In this document: piece after piece, positions 55,346 to 64,000 of the stretch
Numbering within the stretch: position 1 is the stretch's first letter
How the letters are laid out: the number at the start of each line of letters is the position of its first letter
NCBI GenBank assembly: GCA_942493055.1
Contig: OW818680.1
Span: 4,544,174-4,608,173 of the forward strand
Direction of reading: 5' to 3'
Length of the DNA: 64,000 nucleotides
Source of the DNA: an uncultured bacterium
Lineage (GTDB): Bacteria; Verrucomicrobiota; Kiritimatiellia; RFP12; UBA1067
Translations under genes and position numbers: made by a program
Notes under the pieces: model-generated
Seen by the model: only the letters and a program-made list of their open reading frames with translations
What the model was told of the DNA's origin: nothing
Database searches by the model: none

Positions 55346-55879
55346 CATGCCGCAGCAGCGGTGGAGTATGCGAGGGATGATATTGATTCTTCTTGGCGCA
55401 CTCGTACTGACAGGCGTAGCTGTGTGGGCTTTATTTGGAGGAATTTAAGCATGAGAATCAATTTTACCTCACTTATTCAACGGCGCTCGGCTCGGAGATG
55501 CCTCTGGTTTTGGGGACTCCTATCGCTTGCACTGATTCTTTCACTGGGTTCGTGCGCGTCACACCATTTCGTGCGAACAGATAAGGGGTGGGTGGTCGTC
55601 AACAAACGCTTTGTCGGCATTTTGGGAACGTGCGCGGATGTCAGGGGCTGGAAATGGGCGGATGTTGTGGCTCACCCCGATCTTTCACAGGCCTTGATCC
55701 AGGCCGGGTATAGCGACGTATTGCCCAAAGAGCCTACGCTGCTGGATAAGACGATTGAGAAAACAAAACAGGTGGCCGAGGAGGTGATTTCCAAAGGCAC
55801 CAATGCGTGGCAATCGCTTAAGACGAAAATGTCAAAGACAAATAGTATACAGACGGCTACCACGCCTTAGCCCGCATAG
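55343..55879. repeat. Direct repeat copy 2 (537 bp). Carries duplicate lipoprotein CDS about 55451..55870 (+) and a 5'-truncated copy of the small TM ORF.
   Basis: See copy 1. The lipoprotein copy differs by one codon position (V to I near the C-terminus). Confidence 0.7.
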
Positions 55880-55921
55880 AGGATCGTGTGAAATTTAGCT
55901 GCGTAAGCTTTTTCGCCGTTG

Positions 55922-57403
55922 TCACGGTTGGCCGTGCATGAATGCCTTTAGTTCGCGACGGGCCCAGAGTCGTTCCCTTTGAGATACCCAGAAGAGCGCA
56001 AGGGATATGGCAAGAACACCTGTAGCCACAAGAAAAACGGTTCCATTGTCACGATGTTCATGCCATTTATTCACCAAAAGAATGAATAACATAACGCCCA
56101 TACCGCAAAAGACGGCTGAAAAAAGATAAAAGAACCACATGCCTGGTCGCTGGAGATCATAGCTGAAAGAACCTCGCCTTTTCAAGAAAGCTATGAATGA
56201 AGCGCGAACGTTTCCATTGACCTTTCGACAGGCTTTGAAAAACATTTTGTAATTCGGTTTTTCCATGATCTTGACCAATACGTAATCTGCAAACTCTTTC
56301 GACATCATGGCCTTTTCAACAAATCGCCGCAGTCCTAAATTAGACATAGTAACAGGGTAACTAAGAACTTCAAAGACTTCGTCTGCTGTTGGAAAACTAA
56401 TAATTCCGCGGATCGCCTCGGCTAGCTGGTGAATGTCAGGTAGGTCGCACCTTGAAACGATATGCATTCCTGCAAGTGCAGGGTGAACATTTTGCTCCCC
56501 TGCTAGCATGGTGATTGCAAGCGTATTTCCCTCATCAATTGCAATCGGTGTGATTCCAATGTCGCTCATATTGGGCATCAGATGATTATTGGACTGTTTT
56601 GTTTCGCTTGCCGTGTAAAGCGCTTCTACGACCGCGTCGGGAAGAGACAAACCACCACCGGTACATTCAGCCAAAGGTGTTGGGCCTAATCCCATGATGA
56701 AAACACTTCGCTCTCCAACAGCAATGATTCCTGCTTCTGCCTTATATCTGGCATTGAGCGCGACAACTGCCTGCGTTATTGCGCCAACAATAAGGCCTCC
56801 AATAAGTCCACCGTGAAGCCCTCCAATGCCAGCAGCCCTGCTGCTGGTGTCCTGCCTATCCACCACAGCCCAGAAACAAAGACCAGCAACCGTTAATTGC
56901 TCGTTCGGAATGTACATTTGTGCGATTCGCAGGAGCCTGTTCTGCTTCCCATCGGCAATAACGTGCGCAGAAGGGGCTCGTCCAAGTCCCGCGCGCATGG
57001 TTCGTAGCTCTTCTGAGAGAAGAGACACAAATTGTTTTCTTGAAGTCTGTCGCCTCAGCTTTTTCTGGATCATTGCATTTATGCCATACACAATTGCAAG
57101 AGCTGGGCCTGGGAGGATGTAGAAAAGGATAAGCCCAAGAACGATACCTATCTGCACGAGGCCTGAGCTTCCAAAAATCGACTTAGTGAGTGTGGTAAGG
57201 TAGTACGCAATTGCAACTAAAAGGCAAAATGCAATACCTCCCGAAATAAACATGATCACTGGAGGATTGTCATTTCCAATTTTTAAAAAAGTTGATAGCA
57301 ATGCGACACCTTGAAGGATCGTTGCTATTATTACAAGGCGTTTGCAAAGCCGACACTTCCGATTAATATCATCTGCTTCATGGATAATTGCAGGGGTAGC
57401 CAT
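55922..57403 (-). CDS. Polytopic membrane protein of unknown function (low-GC)
   Basis: 493-aa ORF. N-terminal and C-terminal hydrophobic helices. Central Gly-rich 'AAGIGGLHGGLIGGLIVGAITQAVVAL'. Confidence 0.35.
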   Translation of the reverse strand: MATPAIIHEADDINRKCRLCKRLVIIATILQGVALLSTFLKIGNDNPPVIMFISGGIAFCLLVAIAYYLTTLTKSIFGSSGLVQIGIVLGLILFYILPGPALAIVYGINAMIQKKLRRQTSRKQFVSLLSEELRTMRAGLGRAPSAHVIADGKQNRLLRIAQMYIPNEQLTVAGLCFWAVVDRQDTSSRAAGIGGLHGGLIGGLIVGAITQAVVALNARYKAEAGIIAVGERSVFIMGLGPTPLAECTGGGLSLPDAVVEALYTASETKQSNNHLMPNMSDIGITPIAIDEGNTLAITMLAGEQNVHPALAGMHIVSRCDLPDIHQLAEAIRGIISFPTADEVFEVLSYPVTMSNLGLRRFVEKAMMSKEFADYVLVKIMEKPNYKMFFKACRKVNGNVRASFIAFLKRRGSFSYDLQRPGMWFFYLFSAVFCGMGVMLFILLVNKWHEHRDNGTVFLVATGVLAISLALFWVSQRERLWARRELKAFMHGQP

Positions 57404-57647
57404 TCGAATGTCCTCCTTATTATGAGCATTTTACCTATGCTTATGACTAAGAACGCTATCTCATGTTTGCATAATCAAATATAACCTTGAGAATATTTAT
57501 AAATTATGAGCGTTATTATTATAGAAAGCAAGAAGAATGTTATTTGCATTATTGCGGCGACGGCGCTCCGTTATTAGTCACCCAAAGGAAATACCATGGA
57601 ATAGTTCCACAATTATGTTGAAAGGATATTAGCGTATTGCGAGATGG

Positions 57648-58883
57648 TTATTTTTGAGCGTCGTTACTCTGCGGGGCGGTGTCAGTCTTAGGGATGATAT
57701 GGTTTGGATTGGCTTTGACCGTTGTGATTTCGCGGTTGACTTTCAAAGCATCGTCAATTTTTCCGCTTTTCGTATATTCGTCCTGAAGGGCTTTCAATCC
57801 GCTCACATAAGACTGGGCGAGCTTTGACAGTTGATCGGAGAGTTGTTTCTGCATGGCCTGTTTTTTTGTCTGGAACAGGGTTTGCATTTTTTTGACTTCA
57901 GCATTGCTGGCTAAGGCCGTATCAGGGATGGACTTGCTCTCCGCAAAACGATCTTTCTCGGTCTTCACGTCAACAACCAACTTCAGATCGGCAGCTTGTT
58001 TGGCGCGCTCTTCAATGGCTGATAGGGCTGAAATATAGCTGATGCAGAGCTGGTTGACCTCTTTACGGTATTGCTCAATCATCTTCGTTGTGTGCTGTTC
58101 AAGTTCTTTTCGGATCGGATGATCAAGCGGCGGCGCGTTGTCCAGGGGGGTGTCAGCAGCAGGTGCAACAGCAGCAGGAGCAGGAGCAGTAGCAGCCGTA
58201 GCAGGGGCTACCGGCTCTGGTTTCGTTTCACTGCCTGGGACATCAATCAAATTGAGCGAGAACTGGGCCTCATGCAGTGTAGCCTTCTGGGCAAGCGGGA
58301 TTTTCATTGGGCTCCGCACCAGGTCAGGGCTGATGTTAAAGCTTGTAAAATAGGTGACGGATTCACCCGCAGTCGTGGAAAGCGAACTTCCCGAACACCG
58401 CACATCGACAAGTCGGAACTTCCCCATGGCGGTGTCACGCGGAAAGTCGAACTCGAAAAAGCATCCTCCGCTGGCAAGTGCGCCTGTCGCATTGCTGGCA
58501 CCGGAATATGCGCTGTTTCGTCCCTTATAGCAGATCGTACAATACGGAGCCCGATAATCGGGACTCTTATAGGCATGGACACGCGTGCTGATGATCATCT
58601 GGTACTTCTTGTTGTTGATCGGATTGGTTTCAAATATTAATGTGGCCTGCTGGTGCTTGGCTGACGCAATCTGGCCGACGATCCGGTCTCGCTTGTTGCC
58701 GGTCAGCCCAACGTCTTGATCAGGGGTGCCCCAGCGCATAATGGTGATGTTAATGTCCGCATCTCTGTCTTTAACGAGTTTATTCTGGTAATAGGCCGAT
58801 GCTGCGGCACTGTGCGAAACAAATAGGCACAGGAGCAGTGCGGCGGGTTTATTCAAACGTGAATTGATCAAGCTCATGGTCAC
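57648..58883 (-). CDS. Secreted protein with C-terminal coiled coil, unknown function
   Basis: Signal peptide MTMSLINSRLNKPAALLLCLFVSHSAAASA. Pro/Ala linker. Coiled-coil C-terminus. Its 3' end is duplicated at 55143-55345. Confidence 0.4.
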   Translation of the reverse strand: MTMSLINSRLNKPAALLLCLFVSHSAAASAYYQNKLVKDRDADINITIMRWGTPDQDVGLTGNKRDRIVGQIASAKHQQATLIFETNPINNKKYQMIISTRVHAYKSPDYRAPYCTICYKGRNSAYSGASNATGALASGGCFFEFDFPRDTAMGKFRLVDVRCSGSSLSTTAGESVTYFTSFNISPDLVRSPMKIPLAQKATLHEAQFSLNLIDVPGSETKPEPVAPATAATAPAPAAVAPAADTPLDNAPPLDHPIRKELEQHTTKMIEQYRKEVNQLCISYISALSAIEERAKQAADLKLVVDVKTEKDRFAESKSIPDTALASNAEVKKMQTLFQTKKQAMQKQLSDQLSKLAQSYVSGLKALQDEYTKSGKIDDALKVNREITTVKANPNHIIPKTDTAPQSNDAQK

Positions 58884-59049
58884 CTCTCGTTGCCCTGTAC
58901 TCTTTCAGGAGAGACGCCTCAGCAGGGCTAAAGAGACGTCAGTTCCAAATGCTTTAAAAACAGGTGCTGTGAAGCACCCCATGAAGCATCAGCCTCACGT
59001 GGTTTGGCCGTATTTTACGCCTTCCACTTTGGGATTAAAAGAATAAACG

Positions 59050-59400
59050 GGTTGAGAGGAGATTTTTTTCAAGTTCTGCGTTAGTGAAACTTGAAACTGG
59101 AGGAACACGCTTCCTGCCTGTTGGGTGCAGAACATCGAACATCCAACATTGAACATCCAACATTGAACGTCCAACATCCAACATAAAGGGGCACGGGTTT
59201 TCCAACCCGTGGTTCAACGGACAGGAAAGTCCGTTCTCCTTTGCTGTGCCATCAGAAAGGGGCGTGGGCGTGGGCGGCGGGCAAGCGGCTGCGCCACCTT
59301 GGGGAGACGGGGGGGGGGGGGGGATTTCGGGGAACATCCAACATCCAACATTGAACAATGAACATCGAACGCAGAAAACAAAAACCCCTTGCAGGACAAG
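59050..59400. repeat. Composite mosaic repeat (family D, copy 3) with internal tandem 'gaacatccaacatt'-type repeats and a G13 homopolymer
   Basis: gaaacttgaaactgg...cctgcctgttgggtg. (gaacatcgaacatccaacattgaacatccaacattgaacgtccaacatccaaca). ggggcacgggttttccaacccgtgg...caggaaagtccgttctcctttgc...gccaccttggggagacgg + G13, then another aacatccaacattgaacaatgaacatcgaac block. Confidence 0.45.
59383..59400 (-). terminator. Rho-independent terminator hairpin downstream (minus strand) of the tRNA 3' end
   Basis: Minus-strand reading: aaccccttgtcctgcaaggggtt followed by tttgtttt. Confidence 0.45.
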
Positions 59401-59401
59401 G

Positions 59402-59455
59402 GGTTGAAAATATGGAGCGGGCGATGGGAATCGAACCCACGGAGGAAAAAGCCTG
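59402..59455 (-). other. tRNA 3'-half fragment (T-arm + acceptor 3' strand + CCA) = putative att site of an integrated element
   Basis: Reverse complement reads ...ggagacaggctttttcctcc GTGGG TTCGATT CCCAT CGCCCGC T CCA. No matching 5' acceptor strand or D-arm upstream, so it is not an intact tRNA. Confidence 0.5.
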
Positions 59456-59575
59456 TCTCCGATTGTATTACATAGTGTTTTTGCTAATGATTATTTAATA
59501 TAGTACTTTACAAACCAAGGTAAGTTGTTGTAACTTTTGTTGTAACTCAACGACGCAAAAGAAAGTAGGTTTACA

Positions 59576-60706
59576 ATGGCATCTCTTCGTAAAATGGCTA
59601 GGTCTCCTTATTGGATCGCTTGTTATCGAGACAGGGAGGGGAAGCAAAAAAACAAATCCACAGAACTACTTTGTACACAGGCCAACAGGCAGAAAGCTCA
59701 AAAGATAGCCGATGCTTTCGAAGGCGCTTATAAAACGAATAACTGCAAGGATAACCTGCGGGAGAAGTTTAATTCGATTGCGCGAGAAATTGACCCTGAT
59801 TCACGTATTTACACTGTTGGGGAATACTTTAAGAACTGGACCGTCGTTTACGGCGGGGAATTGTCTCCTCGTACATTGGTTAGTTATATTCACCAGATGA
59901 AACAGTTTGAGCAGTACTATGGTGCTGACAAAACCATGTTCAGTGTAAAGCAAGTGCACGCGCTTGGCTTTCGCTGTACGATTGCCGAGAAAGCCAGCAA
60001 TGTAACGGCCAACCATGCCGTAAAAATTATGCGCGCAATTTTCGGACGTGCCATGAATGAGGGCGTTATCGTCGGAAATCCCTTCGTAGTGAAAGAGCTA
60101 CAAGATGACAGTGTATCGAAACAGGCATTCACGAGGGAACAGTATAAGCGGCTGATGGAAGTTGCAGACCCCGAATGGCAGTCATTAATGAGGTTTGCCA
60201 TATTCACAGGCCAGCGTCTGGGCGACCTTGTAGACCTCACGTGGGCAAATATTGATTTTACAAATAAAGAGGTTCTGTTCACGACTCAAAAAACGGGCCG
60301 CTTGATGGCACTCCCAGCGAGTGATGAGCTATGGGCACACATTGAAACCTTGCCACGGGGGTTGCCTATAACTCCTCTACACCCTAGGGCGTACGAGTTA
60401 AAGCGTCGCGCGAATGTCGGTTCAGTCTCAAAGGACTTCACGCGCCTGATGGTCAAAGCAGGCATTTGCAAAGAAAAGCCAAACAACAAGAAGCGCGAAA
60501 CCGTTGGGGACGTATCGCGTGAGGTGAACCCGTTGACTTTTCACTCGTGGCGTCATGCGCTAGCTTCATGGTTGCGTAATGCAGGAGTCAGTGAGTCGCT
60601 AGCAATGGAAATCATCGGGCATGATTCGGTCTCTGTGGATCGTGCTTATGTCCACACAGAACCTGATAGAATACGGCAGGCCTTGAACAAAATCAAGCTG
60701 TCCTGA
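59576..60706 (+). CDS. int: Tyrosine recombinase / phage-type integrase
   Basis: 'FTGQRLGDLVDLTWANID' (Arg I), 'HSWRHALASWL' (H-x-x-R), 'VDRAYVHTE' (catalytic Tyr). N-terminal SAM-like DNA-binding region. Confidence 0.8.
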   Translation: MASLRKMARSPYWIACYRDREGKQKNKSTELLCTQANRQKAQKIADAFEGAYKTNNCKDNLREKFNSIAREIDPDSRIYTVGEYFKNWTVVYGGELSPRTLVSYIHQMKQFEQYYGADKTMFSVKQVHALGFRCTIAEKASNVTANHAVKIMRAIFGRAMNEGVIVGNPFVVKELQDDSVSKQAFTREQYKRLMEVADPEWQSLMRFAIFTGQRLGDLVDLTWANIDFTNKEVLFTTQKTGRLMALPASDELWAHIETLPRGLPITPLHPRAYELKRRANVGSVSKDFTRLMVKAGICKEKPNNKKRETVGDVSREVNPLTFHSWRHALASWLRNAGVSESLAMEIIGHDSVSVDRAYVHTEPDRIRQALNKIKLS

Positions 60707-60763
60707 AATTAACTATATATAGTTAATCAGATCGCTTGGATCAGAAAAGGGGGGGGAGGCAGA

Positions 60764-61030
60764 TTAAACTGCCTCCTCCTTTACTTCTACGTGAGAAGCT
60801 ATGTACTTCCGCAGGCTGGGGATATAAATCAGCCGCTTCCCCGTTTTGAGTGATCCAGGTTCTTTGATTGCCGCCGACTTAACAAGCCCCTTTCTGATCA
60901 ACCCATATAATTCACTTCTGAAAAACCCTTCCAGAGTTTTCCCCGTAGGTGGAATCCTGCTCCACTCCGCAGAACTCAAACACTCCTTACTCGCTCCTTC
61001 TTCATTTAATGCTCTCATACTCGCCATCAC
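60764..61030 (-). CDS. AlpA/excisionase-like small HTH regulator
   Basis: 'IPPTGKTLEGFFRSELYGLIRKGLVKSAAIKEPGSLKTGKRLIYIPSLRKYI' resembles the AlpA/Xis HTH (..S.lY.li..G.fP......g.....W). Adjacent to and divergent from the integrase. Confidence 0.4.
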   Translation of the reverse strand: MMASMRALNEEGASKECLSSAEWSRIPPTGKTLEGFFRSELYGLIRKGLVKSAAIKEPGSLKTGKRLIYIPSLRKYIASHVEVKEEAV

Positions 61031-62141
61031 TTCACCCTCCCTTTCTGTTGTTTTATGTTTTCCTGTTGTGCCAGTGATATTTAAAGATCATTGGCTTTTT
61101 CAATTTCAGATACTAACAGATAAATTTTTGAAAGTCCAGCTTTTACAAACAAAACAAAAATTCCTGTCAAGTTCAATCTTTGAAATCGAATTTATATTTA
61201 TGTAGCGGCCCAAGAGAACCTATTCGAGAGTTGTTCTGGCTGAGTTGCAAGAAGGAACAGAGGAGGATTTGGAAAGTGGTGTCCGAAGGGCTTAGATGGT
61301 GAAATGTCGAAAAACATTAGCGTTTTTAGAAAATATTTCAGTGTATCGATATGTATTCTCTTGACAAAAAAAATATTATCCCATACAATACGTCACATGA
61401 AAGCAAAACAAGGTATTTTAGTAGTTTACTAAATAAAATGGTGTTAGTCAAGGGGCAAGAGCCTGCTTTTTAACATTTTTCATTCTATATTTAGTATAAC
61501 TGCCGCCAATTTCGCTTCCTGCAGTCATATAGAACTGTTTTATATGGTTGACAGGAAAAAGGAAAAACAAGAGCAAAGAAAGGCAGAGAAGAATGAAAGA
61601 TACAATAAAGATGATCCGTGAGCAGGTTCAAGGTCAAGAGATAAAGGTGCGCGGGATAACGGTGAGCAAAATTCGCCGCAAGCAGAAGAACAAAAATTTT
61701 GCTCCGTTTCTATGTAAGCGGGTCATGGGAACTTCAACCACATGGTTCCTCTGTTATAATGTAGGCTTAAAAAATTCTCATGTAATGGTCACGTTGATCA
61801 CGGACACTGAGATAGCCTCCTAGGTTCAGCAAGTACCCGAGACCGTTTTTACGGCAGCAGGGAAGGGTGTTTTTTTAGAACACCTGAATTCAAAAGATGA
61901 AAACTCTTGACAAAGAGAAAAAATGTGATACCATGTGTGCCGTGAATGAAAAAAAGAAACAAGTTTATAACAATTAGTTTACTACAAGTTTGAGTATGAT
62001 GCAAGGTTCAATTTCTGGAATCAGCATTTTCTTAATAGTAGTAACCGAAAGACAATTTGCCCACCGCTCTTATACGGAACTGTTTTTCGTAGGGGTGGGG
62101 GTGAAAAACAAGGTGGAAACACCAGAAAGTAGGAAAACAAG

Positions 62142-62399
62142 ATGAATAATAATCAGGACACAAGCAAAGAAACCGTCGAAGTTAAAGCTAATTGCTTAGA
62201 TCACGGTAAAAATGGCAGTTCATGCGGTTGTGGCTCCCCGATTGAGAGCACTATACGGAAAAGTACGACGTGGTGGGAGATGGATTTAGATAGCCCCGTA
62301 ATGGAATCAGGCGTTAACTCTCCATCGACTTGTCTTATCGAAGAAGAGGTAATAGAGCATTCCGATGGGGGTAAGATGACTGTGTATCGAGTTCTATAA
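62142..62399 (+). CDS. Small Cys-containing protein (85 aa), paralog of the next ORF
   Basis: 'VKANCLDHGKNGSSCGCGSPIESTIRKSTTWWEMDLDSP' shares C.DH..N...CGCG.PI....W..D with 62539..62934. Confidence 0.3.
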   Translation: MNNNQDTSKETVEVKANCLDHGKNGSSCGCGSPIESTIRKSTTWWEMDLDSPVMESGVNSPSTCLIEEEVIEHSDGGKMTVYRVL

Positions 62400-62538
62400 A
62401 AGCCTTTCTCAAAAGGTCATTAGAAAGAAACTCAACAGATGAATTCGGTTACTTCATGAAGACGTCCATGAGGTGTTCGGATCATATAAAGGTTTATGTG
62501 AAACTGGAGGAACAAAACACAAAAAAGAGGTACAAAAA

Positions 62539-62934
62539 ATGAATGATGATAAGCAGGGAACAAAACAAGAGACAATCAAGGTTAAAGCGGTATCCGAGTT
62601 TCACAAGGGACTATCGGTCTGCTTTCAATTACACGAAGGGGTAAATATCGTAAAACTGCCTGATGATCGGGAGGATTACTGCCTGGATCACGATATCAAT
62701 AGTGATACATGCGGGTGTGGCTATCCGATTTCGCGCACTAAATGGGTATGTCCGACTGGCTGGGAGGTGGACGAGTCTTGCCTCGAAATTATCCCCGACG
62801 AAACAGATCCTTGTGATTTGTTTGGTTGTGAACTGGACGATCTGGATGAGTACGACGACGAGTATAAGCGGCATTATGAAGGTTACTCGACAGGGATGCT
62901 GCAGATCGTCCTAACCCGTACAGACGATGAATGA
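62539..62934 (+). CDS. Small Cys-containing acidic protein (about 131 aa), paralog of the previous ORF
   Basis: Start ATG 62539 (RBS aaaagaggt) within ORF-track 62473..62934. 'YCLDHDINSDTCGCGYPISRTKWVCPTGWEVDESC'. Acidic tail. Confidence 0.3.
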   Translation: MNDDKQGTKQETIKVKAVSEFHKGLSVCFQLHEGVNIVKLPDDREDYCLDHDINSDTCGCGYPISRTKWVCPTGWEVDESCLEIIPDETDPCDLFGCELDDLDEYDDEYKRHYEGYSTGMLQIVLTRTDDE

Positions 62935-63622
62935 TGGTCACAGGAAAAGACTGGATTAGAGATGATAGCTGATCGGTAAAGTTAAGGGTCGTGCCCCTCA
63001 AGATAAAGTACGCCCCTGACTTCGATCCATAAATTTCGGATACTTCATGAGAAGTCCGTGAACTGTTCGTGTATCCCACAGGAAGATAGCCTGAGGGATA
63101 AGAGCAGATACACATTGGGGCAATTTATATAACTTGTTCGTTGTGGCGATACTTACTCGCCAAACATTTTTCGATAAATGCCCTTACGTTTGGATTTAAG
63201 AATTTCTCAGAATGAGATGCCTTGTGCATCTATTTTGATGAAGAAACAACAAAACAAAGAAAAGGGGAAAAGCACTATGCATATAGCGCATTCACACAGT
63301 GACCACACGTCACTGATCAATAACAATGAGGGATCGACACTTGTCGCCATCCCGTCCACAGGAAGGCCTTCCAGGAGCCGCCAGTTGGATATGTTTGTAT
63401 TCAACACAGAAACCCACACCTACGGGGGCCATCCCGCCAGCGAGCGTCCAGACGCTGCCAGAGTTAATAATGTCAGCATCATGTCTACTCACTCAAAGGA
63501 TGAGAATACCGCTATCTCATTGGGTACGGGAAAATCGGAGAGCGCTTCTTTATCTATACATAGGTCATCTCCATTGAAAAACCCCTATCAGATAAATTTA
63601 ACAATAAAGGAGGTACTGTAAA

Positions 63623-64000
63623 ATGAATAACAATAAGAGGATATACATTAAAGGGTCAGATAACTATGAGGCCATATTTGAAAGTAAACAGGTACAATCA
63701 TATCTTACATCTCCAGATATCCCAAAGGTCAAATATGAGTCAGGTATAAAGATCCATTCCAAGAGGAGTGCGCAAGCACTATATCTCAATGCTATTAACC
63801 TTATGGGAGATCACTTTGAGACCTGTGTATTCATGACCATAACCTTACCTTCCCCTATATCAGTTCATAATGAGGATGGGTATAAGGAGGCATCTAAGAT
63901 GTTAAGCTCATGGGTAGGCAACAAGAGAGGCCTTGCATATGTCTTTGGGGAAAACAGGAAATGGTGTAGGGTTGTTAGTATTAACTCTAAGAATGTTATC
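63623..64000 (+). CDS. 5' part of an ORF running off the window (no stop in 126 codons); unknown, possibly island cargo
   Basis: RBS aaaggaggt 8 nt before ATG. 'MNNNKRIYIKGSDNYEAIFESKQVQSYL...'. AT-rich. Confidence 0.25.
   Translation, partial: MNNNKRIYIKGSDNYEAIFESKQVQSYLTSPDIPKVKYESGIKIHSKRSAQALYLNAINLMGDHFETCVFMTITLPSPISVHNEDGYKEASKMLSSWVGNKRGLAYVFGENRKWCRVVSINSKNVI

Larger units (their letters stand above)
59402..64000. mobile_element. Left end of an integrated element/genomic island (extends beyond window): tRNA-fragment att site, tyrosine integrase, AlpA/Xis-like gene, AT-rich cargo
   Basis: Sharp GC drop after about 59455. Integrase 60 bp inside. Excisionase-like gene on the opposite strand. 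Small orphan ORFs follow. Confidence 0.5.

Noticed and set aside
59402-59480. Possible complete tRNA gene
   Set aside because: Only the T-arm, acceptor 3' strand and CCA fold. There is no complementary 5' acceptor strand or D-arm, and the would-be anticodon stem does not pair. Treated as an att-site fragment.
61548-61823. 91-aa ORF (Lys/Arg-rich) and 63178..63621 147-aa ORF in the island
   Set aside because: No recognisable motifs, weak or absent RBS, low-complexity. Could be real island ORFans but not supportable from sequence alone.
1-64000. CRISPR arrays, rRNA genes, intact tRNAs
   Set aside because: No regularly spaced 25-40-nt direct repeats with unique spacers. The tandem repeats seen are 14-nt head-to-tail without spacers. 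No rRNA-like conserved stretches noticed.

Overview
High-GC (about 60-65%) bacterial chromosomal window. Lower-GC patches at about 18.4-23.2 kb, 51-54.7 kb and 55.9-64 kb look horizontally acquired. Several protein architectures (SASA/GQSNM esterases, pseudopilin-like 'CP.GG.Y' C-termini, Hanks kinases fused to FGE-sulfatase-like domains, gingipain-like C25 peptidase) suggest the Planctomycetes-Verrucomicrobia-Lentisphaerae/Kiritimatiellae (PVC) group; this is a guess from sequence style, not a database hit. The window splits into four regions. (1) 0-18 kb is a secreted-CAZyme-like cluster: four SASA-family carbohydrate esterases, a transglutaminase-like protein, a TIM-barrel hydrolase-like protein, a LamG+C25-peptidase giant protein, and a PDZ/HEAT protein. 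(2) 18.4-23.2 kb is an accessory patch: a TIR-like 2TM protein, two paralogous Zn-ribbon-DUF4339(GYF-like) membrane proteins (one with a pseudopilin-like C-terminus), and a GspF-N-like small membrane protein. (3) 23.2-47.6 kb is the most interesting region. Five Hanks-type Ser/Thr kinases, with FGE-sulfatase-like, TonB_C-like, DUF1080-like or DnaJ-CR zinc-finger C-terminal domains, surround a compact co-directional module of five genes. These are an Xis/MerR-type HTH + Zn-ribbon protein, a double-Zn-ribbon SPFH/flotillin-like protein, a Zn-ribbon FHA protein, an ESCRT-III/Snf7/PspA-like protein, and a Vps4/CDC48-like AAA+ ATPase. The promoter/operator of this module is duplicated in front of a second Zn-ribbon coiled-coil gene at 46.6 kb. 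(4) 47.6-64 kb holds lipoproteins and membrane proteins, a 537-bp near-perfect direct repeat flanking a 4.3-kb low-GC block, mosaic repeat junk, and the left edge of an integrated element (tRNA 3' fragment + tyrosine integrase + AlpA/Xis-like gene, AT-rich to the window end). Several intergenic repeat families recur: GGAAT-armed inverted-repeat elements, composite mosaic repeats, and GCAGTNG microsatellites that also sit in-frame inside genes. No rRNA, intact tRNA or CRISPR array is visible. Non-ORF coordinates may be off by 1-2 nt (manual counting).
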